A stretch of DNA of 64,000 nt. Source: the human T2T-CHM13v2.0 reference genome, Homo sapiens. Of the stretch, positions 53,472 through 64,000 are shown piece after piece. Made by a program: the position numbers and the translations under genes. The stretch is taken from assembly GCF_009914755.1 (NCBI RefSeq), contig NC_060934.1; one strand, written 5' to 3'. How positions within the stretch are numbered: the first letter of the stretch is position 1; every line of letters begins with the position of its first letter. The notes beneath the pieces were generated by a model, which did no database searches, had not been told where the DNA came from, and saw nothing but the letters and a program-made list of their open reading frames with translations.

Positions 53472-53727
53472 GATAATACTAACAATCACAATTGATATTA
53501 TTGTTTGCCATGTATGTGGCACTGTTCTAAGTACTTTACATAAGTTAACTACCTTAATTCTTATAGCTTTATTATGTATTAACTTTTGGTCCTCATAGTT
53601 TTTATTATCATTATTTTACAGAGAAGGAAACTAAAATTCACAGAGGTTTAATAACTTTTTGAATGTCATACCAAAAATAGGAGCTGAAGGTAGTTTATGA
53701 CAGGCTGGTGCTATTAATCACTATGCT
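53472..53727 (-). mobile_element. near full-length MIR
   Basis: GGCACTGTTCTAAGTACTTTACAT...ATTTTACAGAGAAGGAAACT...TTAATCACTATGCT. Confidence 0.85.
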
Positions 53728-53836
53728 ACATAGCCATTAAAAATATTGAGGCATTTCTATAACTATTGGCATGGAACAATAATCGCATTTTCCAGTCTGA
53801 GATAAAAGCTATTTTTGGAATAATTTTTGTAGGTAG

Positions 53837-54472
53837 TGAAACGGCTCTGTTGTCTGGGGTATATACCCTGGCTCTTGGTTGAAAAATAATTCAGGACACA
53901 GACACACATGAAGAGTGGATTCAGGAGCAGAAAGTTGAATAGAAAAAGAAAAGAGAGAGAAAAAGCTTCCTCTTGTTGAGAAAGTGGGTCCCCCAAAAGA
54001 GGGTCTTCGATTTGCGGGGGAAGGCAATCAATTTCGTACAAGGGCTTGAGGAGGCAGTGATTGATTTACATAGGGCTCAGGGGATTGGTTTGACCAGGTG
54101 TGCCATTTACATAGTCTGCGAGAAAATTGGCCCTCCCACACTAGCCTTTTAATATGCAAATACAGCTACCTGGCTGGCCGCCATGTTGTCCTGCACACGT
54201 GACTTTATCTGGAGGCTGCCATGACACCTGGCACAGTGGTGACAAGGAAAAGAGGGTGGGAGACGCCATATTAAATGTACCTGGCTTCCAGGTACAGCTG
54301 CCGGCATTTACATACAAAAGCTTCTAGTTTGCATATTTATGCCTGACTTCTCAGGCTGCTTTCTGTTAGATAAGAAATGGTTTGGGGATTGTTTTTATTA
54401 AAAGGAAATTCTACCGAGAACTTTCACCCTTTCTAGCTGCCTAAAAATAATTTCTTAATAACTCCTGTATTA
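53837..54472 (-). mobile_element. ERV1 solo LTR, LTR9 family
   Basis: reverse complement begins TAATACAGGAGTTATTAAGAAATTATTTTTAGGCAGCTAG and ends CCCCAGACAACAGAGCCGTTTCA. Confidence 0.85.
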
Positions 54473-55101
54473 TTATTTTTATAACAGTATACAGTGATAT
54501 ATTTAATTTTTCTAATTGTATAAAATTTAATTTCAAATAAATGTTTTTTTTTTCCTGTAACCAAGAGTGGTTTGCTATATTATAATCAATTACATGCAAT
54601 TTTGTATACATACACACCACCATGTACATACACACATACATGGAAGAAAGTATGTGACATATGCTATAGGTATTTTGGATGATGGTATAAGTTAGGGAAA
54701 GTTCCATATTTGCAATATGGTCCGTAGTCTTGATTTACTAGAAGGCAAACCAATGCACATTTCCAAAGTGAAAAGCATCTCTTTTCATTTTTTCTTCAAT
54801 ATTCTCTGTCACTGTTTGGATAGTATGCACCCATAGTAGAAAGCGGCACCCTGAGATATTAGAATATCATAGTAGGAATCCTAAGCTGAATACCTAGAAC
54901 CGTTTTGATTTGAAAACTGTCTTATTTAATCACTTGCAGTTTGGAGGATTTTATGACCAGACTCTTGATTTAGTAAGTTCACAGAGAATAAATCAGTTTC
55001 TCAAAGACAGACTCAATAACAAAGTGTACAATTTTTATTCAGAGGAATAAACCAGAACTTCACATTTAGAATAGGAAAGAAAAAAAGTCCAAGGAGAAAT
55101 C

Positions 55102-55232
55102 ATATATATATGTATATGTATATGCTAATATATGTGAATGTATATATCAATAAGTTGGTATATATATGCATATATCTGTATCACTTTCATACATATGTAT
55201 ATATACACGTATGTATCAACTCATATATATAT
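55102..55232. repeat. (TA)/(TG)/(CA)-rich low-complexity repeat
   Basis: direct reading. Confidence 0.8.
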
Positions 55233-55442
55233 CTTCTTTTGCTATAGAGTGACTATATGTAACATCAAGTTATAATTAGTTAGCTTCTTGGTGAGTTGTA
55301 GAGAATGATGTTCGGTTTGTATGGCAAGGGGTGCTGGACTAGACTGTGAAGAAACTAGTTAGAATGTACTTTTCAATACATGCTTTTAAAGATCTTGATC
55401 TTCCCATGCTGATAAGATACAAGGAAAAAGAGCAAGTAGGGT

Positions 55443-55735
55443 TGCCGGGCACAGTGGCTTATGCCTGTAAGCCCAGCACTTTGGGAGGGGGGCAGATCTC
55501 CTGAGGTCAGAGTTTGAGACCAGCCTGGCCAACATGGTGAAACCCTATCTCTACTAAAAATACAAAAATTAGCTGGGCATGGTGGTGGGCACCTGTAATC
55601 CCAGCTATTCAGGAGGCTGAGGCAGGGAGAATCACTTGAACCCGGGAGGCAGAGGTTGCAGTGAGCCAAGATCATGCCATCACACTTCAGCCTGGGCAAC
55701 AGAGTGAGACTCTACCTCAAAAAAAAAAAAAAAAA
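55443..55735 (+). mobile_element. AluSx/Sq-like
   Basis: full dimer with small left-arm deletion. TSD AAAAAGAGCAAGTAGG/AAAAAGGCAAGTAGG. Confidence 0.95.
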
Positions 55736-56204
55736 GGCAAGTAGGAACACATTTTATAGTTCTTTCTACAAATTTCATGATAATTTTACAAACTATTTTC
55801 CACTAGTTCCCACTGGAAAAAATAAATAAATAAAGCAAGAGCTTAATCAAGGGCAAAGATCAGTATCAACACGCCCAGAGGCCTTACTTGATCTCTCTCT
55901 TTCCGTAAGATAGCCAGGTAAGCAGCTGTTTCAAAAAATAGCACAGCAAAGAGCCCCGTGGAGGTGTTTGGGATTCTGAATGAAGGAACCTCAAAGTTGT
56001 TTAGAACCATCTGTTTTTCTCCCATGACTTTGGCTTCTGTGGCATTCAAATAAAGTCTGCATTTTGTTTACCAAAGTTAGAGCATCCAGGATCTCATTTC
56101 ATTGAATCCACACTGTGAGAGCTTCAGCTGGGCTGTATCAGTCAGCTTTGGAGTGTTGCCTGCAGCAGCAATAAACTTTGCAGCAGCAGTTCCTTCATAG
56201 GCTA

Positions 56205-56335
56205 CTGTTCTGGTTATCTATTGCTGCATGACAAACTACCCCAGAACTCAGTGCTGTAAAACAACAACCATTTATCATGCTTACGGATTCTGTGGGTCAG
56301 GAATTTGGGCAGATCCCAACAGGGATGCCTTGTGT
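56205..56335 (-). mobile_element. MLT1 (F/G/H-like) 3' end
   Basis: TATCTATTGCTGCATGACAAACTACCCCAGAACTCAGTG...GATTCTGTGGGTCAGGAATTTGGGCAG. Confidence 0.8.
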
Positions 56336-56642
56336 CCCAGATTGTATTTTCCAAAAATAACTGCAAGGGTACTTCCCATCCTTCATGTTCTTCTGCAATA
56401 TGTCCTTGCTATGCCCCATCAAAAAGTGAGGCTGGCATTAGGAACTCAAAGGTGGAAGGGAAGCTGTGTATCTTTCAAAGCTTGGTCAGTATAGTCCATA
56501 CCATTTGCATCCATTGGTTGAGGATCACTTGTTCTCTGAGTATTCCCTCTTGGGAGGCTCCATCTCAAAATCCTTTTGCTATTCCATGAGATGCCCAAGC
56601 CAGAGGCCTCATGTCCCAGCTCTACTTGGCAGTCACAGTTCA
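56336..56642 (+). mobile_element. MLT1 (G/H-like) 5' half
   Basis: AGATTGTATTTTCCAAAAATAACTGCAA..CTTCCCATCC..GTTCTTCTGCAAT. Confidence 0.6.
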
Positions 56643-56836
56643 CCTCCTACCTTTTATTCTTCTGACTCACACTCTTATTAGAGAGACAGTTATTAGAGAA
56701 AAGCTCTTTGGGCATAGTGCTGTTTCTTATCATTGAGGAGGTTTTGTAATCCTCCTAAGGATTTTTAATCCTCCTAAGGAGGAGATTTTGTAAAGAAGAA
56801 ATGCTCTTTTAATGAAATAAAACAAGGGTTACTTTT

Positions 56837-57134
<298 letters not shown>

Positions 57135-57890
57135 TAAGCGTTTACTTTTTTGTCAGAAATAGGATCAGCATTATGTTAGTGAGAGGGATTTCTCACCTAG
57201 ATCAATATGGAAGGTGTTGGAAGAGAAAATTAATCCTCAGAAAATGAAGTATGTTTCAAAATTATAGTTACCATAATAGAAACTCAGTTACACCTCAAGG
57301 AAGAGACCTCAACCTTCCACCAAGCCTGAACTTGTCCCTTGCTCTTCCATTGGACAAAGCTCATCCTCTTACCTCCAGGAGAGTCGATAGCACCAGATCA
57401 AGACACCAACACTCACAGCATCAAAACACTGGATAAAAGCAGATTCAAGAGGCCTAAGAAATAGTAAGTACCTGAAGGAAACTGTAAATCAAAAATACAA
57501 TTCTAAGGCCCCCAACCAGCTGAATGGGCTTTTTTCTTAGCCAGGGCACTCTTAAAATTTAAACTGAGAGACTGGTTCAGTACATGACGGAAGGTGGGGT
57601 TGAACATGCCTCACTATACCTCTCCAGCAATAACATCCAGATGACATTTAAGTCTGATAAGAAGCATTGATAATCTATTCCTTCTGAAGCCTGTTACCTG
57701 AAGGTTTCATCTGCATAATGAGAACTTTGGTCTTCACCATACCTTATCTTAACCCAGACATTTCCTTTCTATTGATCCCAGGTCTTTAGATAAACTCAAC
57801 CGTCAACCAGAAAAATTTTAATTCTACCCGTAAACTGGAAGCCCCATCCCCACTTTGAGTTGTCCCACCTCTCTGGACCAAACCAGTGTA

Positions 57891-59219
57891 AACGTTGGTG
57901 CAAAAGTAATTGTGGTTATAGGCAGTGAATTTTAAATCCTTACAATTGGCTCAAACACATCTTTACTAATCAAAATAGGAAACATTACAATCAACACATT
58001 TTTGCCAATGAGAAATAAGTTTGTTTATTCCTTACCATTGAGGAAGTTTTGTAATCCTCCTAAGGATTACGAAAATCAGGGCTTTGGGATTTAGTGAAGT
58101 CTTGGAAAGCATTTTCTGCAACCTGCTTGTTGTGGAAGCATTTTCCCTGCAAAATGTTGTCAAGATGCTTGAAGAAGTGGTGGTCAGTTGACAAGGAGTC
58201 AGGTGAATATGGCAGAAGAGCCAAAAGTTTGTAGTCCAGTTCGTTCAAATTTTGATGCATTGGTTGTGTGACATGCAGTCGGGCATTGTGGTGGAGAAGA
58301 ATTGAGCCCTTTCTGATGACTAATGCCAGCTGCAGGTGTTGGCAGTTTTGGGTGCATCTCATTGATATGCTAAGCAGACTTCTCAGATGTAATGGCTTCC
58401 CCGGGATTGAGAAAGCTGTAGTGGATCAGATGGGCAAGAGGCCACCAATCAGTGACCAGGACCTTTTTTTTGGTGCAAGTTTGGCTTTGGGAATTGCTTT
58501 GGTGCTTCTTCTACGTCCAACTACTGAGCTGGTTATCACCAGTTGTCATATAAAATCCGCTTTTGTCACACGTCACAATCCTGTCAAGAAATGATTCATT
58601 GTTGTTGTGTAGAATAAAAGAAGATGACCCTTCAAAACAGCGAGTTTTGGTTTTTTTTTTTTTTTTCAGTCAGCTCCTGAGGCACCCATTTATCAAGCTT
58701 TTTCACGTTTCCAATTTGCTTCCAATGCTGAACAACCATAAAATGATTGACACTGAGTTATCTGGCAACTTCTTGTACAGTTGTAAGAGGATCAGCTTCA
58801 ATGATTGTGCTCAACTGGTCATTGTCAACTTCCAATGGCCGGCCACTATGCTCCTCATCTTCAAGTTTCTCATCTCCTTTGCAAAACTTCTTGAATCACC
58901 ATTGCACTGTACATTTATTAGCACTGACTGGGCCAGATGCATTGTTGATGTTGCGAGTTGTCTCCACTGCTTTACAACCCGTTTTGAACTCAAATGAGAA
59001 AATGGCTTGAATTTGCTTTGCCTAACATCATTTCCACAGTGTAAAATAAACATAAAATAAACAGCAAGTAATAAGTCATTAGCAAAAAAAAAATCATAAA
59101 GTGAGAAATGCCCATTAAAATGATGTACAACATAACCACATTTATTTAAGAATGTATTCCAATATCAAATGGCAAATTCCAACAATGCAAAAACAGCAAT
59201 TACTTTTGCACCAACCTAA
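57891..59219 (-). mobile_element. full-length Hsmar1 mariner DNA transposon (decayed)
   Basis: both TIRs (GTTGGTGCAAAAGTAATTG / CAATTACTTTTGCACCAACCTAA), TA target, ~1.3 kb, transposase homology. Confidence 0.96.
57966..59037 (-). pseudogene. Hsmar1 transposase pseudogene
   Basis: ORF 58060-58362 reads RKGSILLHHNARLH...PYSPDSLSTDHHFFKHLDN (mariner LHDNA and YSPDL motifs mutated). Start ATG>GTG, early frameshift, poly-T expansion at ~58651, foreign insert at ~58032. Confidence 0.93.
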
Positions 59220-59227
59220 ATATTTCT

Positions 59228-59418
<191 letters not shown>

Positions 59419-60262
59419 TGAAGTCTCATATTTCCTTAAAATGTATAAAACCAAGCTGCACCCTGACCACCTTGGGCACATGTTCTCAGGATCTCCTAAG
59501 GGCTGCGTCACAGGCCATGGTAGTTCATATTAGGCTTATAATAAATCTCCTCAAATATTTTACAGAATTTGACTCTTCATCAACAAAACTGAGGTGAGAT
59601 TATTTCAGCAAGAAAAGTTGGCAGAACCTAGGAAACAGGGGAGGGAGGGATGGAATAGAGAGGGAAAGTTTTTTACAGGAAAGAGCAATAGGAAGTGAGG
59701 AGGGACTGAGTCAGGGAAAGAAGGCAATGCACATGATCGATCACTTCTTAGGCCCAGGCAGTGAGGTGTAGTTTTTAGCAAATAAGATAAACCAGGGCAC
59801 GGGACAATTCCTCAATCCCCAATATCTTCACAAATCCTCATCACCCACAGACTCTCTACAGCACGGGGAATATTCATTTTCCAAACAATGCATACAACTA
59901 ATTTACCTTCAAGTTTCTTTACAAGAGTAAGTTACGTGAAACACCCTCTGAAGCAGCTATGGAACAAACTCCTCTCAAACAGACTTGGAGACTTGATCAG
60001 CACCTCCTAATTGACTAGCACATAGCTACAAGGAATTCACCACCAGATGATGATCTCCTGTAGAAGCAGCTGGGTGATCTGCACTGCCCTAGGCACTAGA
60101 GTAGAACTATAACCAAATAGGTTACCTATGTTAGAAAATTTCCATGGCATCCTGACAAAATTAAAGCTAAAAATGTCATTATAGCTACTTATTGGCTGTG
60201 TAAACAAAAAACGTGTAGGCACTGAAAACTGGGTAGAAGAGCACTGCTAAAATGTTTCTAAG

Positions 60263-60263
<1 letters not shown>

Positions 60264-60300
<37 letters not shown>
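60264..60300. repeat. (CA)18 microsatellite
   Basis: perfect uninterrupted repeat. Confidence 0.97.
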
Positions 60301-60302
<2 letters not shown>

Positions 60303-61710
60303 TACTAACCAAACCCATGAGAGCTATTCTGTGTTTCTTCAAGTTGACTCTATATCCTTGATTTCATCTACTATGTGTCAATTTGTAGGTTAATTCCAAT
60401 ATGATTTTCAGGCCCAAATTTCCATTTCCATTTCCATATTGTTTTGTGGGAGTGGGAGTAGCGTGATTTCAAAGTCACATTTCCAAGTCAACTCTGTGTA
60501 TATACAAGGAGGGAAGCAGTTAATTCTCTAATTGTGTGGGCAGTAAAAATAAGGACAAGGAAAATGGATCAAGCCGATAATGGAGGCAAGTCAGATGATA
60601 GATTAGGATAGGTGTTCAATCTGAAAACTTGTTAAAAAAATAGCAAGGCAAGGAGCTGAGTCATAAGCCTGAGAGGAAGACAAAAACAAAGAGAATTTGA
60701 AGACAGGGAAATACGTATGGTACTGCATGAGACCTAAAGAAACAAGTGTAAAAGATAAAGCCATAACAGGCTTATAATTCTTTCTTTGTCCAAGGCAGCA
60801 GGCACAATGAAACCAGCCTTGTTAATAGGCCTCCTGGGGGCCTGAGCTACCCCACATGGATACCTAGAATACCCCCTGATACAGCAAGTGGGTGCAGCTG
60901 CCAAGTGTTAGAAGTGTCTGATTTTTAGCTCTTTCATTGATATTTCCATCCTCTCTGTAAAAAGAAAAGCCAAGGCTCATCATGGGTATTTAAAAATAAA
61001 TTGGGATGAATAGGATTTGGTCTCTAATGCACACTCAAACCACAAAGAGATACAGCAACTAATCTATGTGACTTGGTGAATAGTAAATGGCTTCTCTATC
61101 TCAGCCCTAAATTTCTCCAAGGTCTAGGGATAGTGGGACAGCACTAATTTACAAGTCTTCTGTAATGTATTAAAATATATACCATTATGTTTTAGGAAAA
61201 ATATTTAAGGCTTTATTCAGCTATAAATACTAGTGTGGGATTTCATTAAGAAACATCGAAAATGATTTTTTGATTTGCTTTCTATGCCTTGATGGTTTCT
61301 AAAAGATAATCTATCTTAACAATGCATTTTCATGTTTTTATTTTTTAAATAACATCTATGAAGGAAAGTTGAGCTGAACCTTCAAGTTACAAGAAATAAT
61401 GTGTCTTTTATGATCCCAATAACTTTTTTGACATTGGTCATTATTGATTATACTAAGTTATTACTAATTATACTAAGCATTCTTTTCTTTATAATACAGA
61501 TTTTTAAATGCAACCATATATTATAAATTCAATTCATTTTATACATCCCATGTTGAGTTGTGTATTATTTTTATTAAATAGTTTGCATGTTTAATCTTTC
61601 TCATTTTGAGCTATTCTCCCATTTTATCTGACTTTTTAATGACAATGTTAAAATTCTATTGTTTAGTTATCAGTTCTGTATCTTAAAGTGATAGGTACAT
61701 TTTATTTTCT

Positions 61711-61788
61711 GTAGAAAATAGAAACTGGAAAGTAGAAAATAGCAGAAAATAGAAATAGTAGAAACAAGTAGAAAATAGAATATAGAAA
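61711..61788. repeat. degenerate (TAGAAAA)n tandem repeat
   Basis: repeated AGAAAATAG units. Confidence 0.75.
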
Positions 61789-62486
61789 TTGCATGTGTGT
61801 GTAGGGATACAATCATAACAGGGTTAAATGAAGAAGCTCTTTATAACTGGATCTTGTAAGATTGACAGCAATTTTACAGGTAGTGATTGGAAGAAGAGGA
61901 GCCTTTTAGCCAAAGAGAGGGGCCGGGGGCAATGACTGTGATAGCAGTATTTAAACTGTGTTAGGTGGGGGACTTAAGGGAGGAGGTTATTATCGTTCTA
62001 TATGTCGGAAATGATCAAAGCCCAAAAAAGGTAAGTGCAAGTAGAAAGAGATAGAAGGGTACAGATATTACAAAAGCAGAATATTTCTAGCTTCAAGGAA
62101 AAAATATAGGAGAAGAAGTACATTTTGTTAGTGGAATAGGTCTACAAATCATATTGCTTTCAATATCTACTTTATGACTTCCAAATCAGTAGTCTTAATC
62201 TAGACATTTTTCTTGGTCTTGGAAACGATTAGACACTTTCACCTAAATATTTCACAAGTATTTCAGATTAAATATTATCAAAGTTTAACTCCATCATTCT
62301 TTTTTTCTTTTCACCTCAATCCTGCTTCTCTGTTTTTTTTTGTGTGTGTGTGTGTGACTAAAGCTCTACTACCCTTTCTGCTTTTGAACCCAAAATCCTG
62401 ACTATAACCCTTCATTTCTCCAGGCTTTGCTTAGAGCAGCCTGCTCAATCTCTCTCAGCCCTCTACCCTCTACTCTACTCCTCCTA

Positions 62487-62668
62487 TTGGGGTGTCCAAG
62501 GGAGAGAATACAGTCATGGGTTCTTAGTTTCTGTTTCTGGTTGGACCAGTAAAGCCCCTTCCTCATCCCTCTTTTCTGCTTATCACTAAATAAAGAAACT
62601 AAAACCCATGGTGTCAGGCTGCTAAAAGCCTAAAACAAAACAGAACAGCAATAGCAACAACAAAACAA
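62487..62668. mobile_element. MER30B-like hAT-Charlie MITE, one end truncated, inside L2 remnants
   Basis: GGGGTGTCCAAGGGAGAGAATACAGTCATGGGTTCTTAGTTTCTG...CAGGCTGCTAAAAGCCTAAAACAAAAC. Confidence 0.8.
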
Positions 62669-62838
62669 GTGTGTATTATTGTCTTATTTCAGGCATCATC
62701 ATTGCTCACCTGAACTTACTCTTTACCTCCAGGTTCACATTTCCCTCTACTGCTTCTGGAAGATTTGGAATTGCAAGTTGTATCAAGAATCTCGCTTATT
62801 AAAGATCCACTAATAGGTCCTCACTGCCTTTGATGTAA

Positions 62839-63564
<726 letters not shown>

Positions 63565-64000
63565 ATGAGTGAACTTTTTGAGGTGATGGCTAAGTTCATT
63601 CATGGTTTTTTTAGAGGTTCCATGACTATAAGTTTATAAAACTTATCGAAGTGTACACTTAATTTATTAAATTGTATTGCATGTGTTATACTTTAAAAAT
63701 GATAACATCAATACAGTGTATAACTGAAACTCAAAGTAAGTTTGAAGAAAAGTATATTTTTAAAATATGCATTGCTATATGTAAATTCTTAAAAACATCT
63801 CTATCAAAAGACACAAATACCTCCAAAAATATTCAAAATTGTCCCTGAAGGGCAGTGTAACACCTCTGAAGTCTACTAGAATAAATCATTTAGTACTTTG
63901 CAGTATAGGTGAATTTGAGGAGAATATGCCTACATTTTGAAAGTAAATGAGGAGGTGGGAAAGGGAAATGATAATAGTTTGAACTCCATGTGGAAGAAAA

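Larger units (their letters stand above)
53230..54700 (+). mobile_element. L1ME-like 3' remnant hosting a MIR and an LTR9
   Basis: AATTCTACTTTAAGAAAT..AAAGATGTGCATAAA..AAATTATAGTAT | CATAGCCATTAAAAAT continue across the insertions. Confidence 0.55.

Noticed and set aside
58268-59010. Plus-strand ORFs of 87-144 aa, including the longest in the track
   Set aside because: They are antisense shadows of the mariner transposase sequence.
57966-59037. Possible SETMAR exon or active transposase
   Set aside because: Both TIRs are present inside an LTR. The start codon is lost, there are frameshifts, and the catalytic LHDNA is LHHNA. This is an ordinary dead Hsmar1 copy.

Overview
AT-rich primate (very probably human) non-coding genomic DNA, intergenic or deep intronic. 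I recognise no intact protein-coding gene, tRNA, rRNA, CRISPR array or CpG island. The ORFs in the track are Alu/LTR/L1/L2/mariner read-throughs or chance ORFs. The window is a layered transposable-element record. It holds about 15 Alus (J and S subfamilies, most with readable TSDs) and about 10 complete solo LTRs (LTR24, LTR8, MER66-like, LTR27-like, MER39-like, MER4E, LTR9, MER4A, 2x THE1), most with 4-5 bp TSDs. It also holds a deleted ERVL (LTR16/HERV16-like) provirus with recognisable pro-pol sequence, a full-length decayed Hsmar1 mariner, a MADE1 MITE, MER30B, and many old L1M/L2/MIR pieces. The most unusual observations are five. (1) A 38-bp templated insertion inside the Hsmar1 transposase gene is copied from a micro-duplicated, palindromic scar 1.3 kb upstream. 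(2) A three-level MER4A>Hsmar1>Alu nest has an insertion order readable from its TSDs. (3) An LTR9-type solo LTR carries a cluster of octamer and YY1 motifs. (4) A head-to-head inverted Alu pair is only about 34 bp apart. (5) Several local template-switch hairpins are present. Repeat-free islands contain enhancer-like motif clusters and possible non-coding exons, which are inferences only. I did not find a new gene system. Repeat family names come from my recall of consensus sequences and need RepeatMasker/Dfam confirmation.
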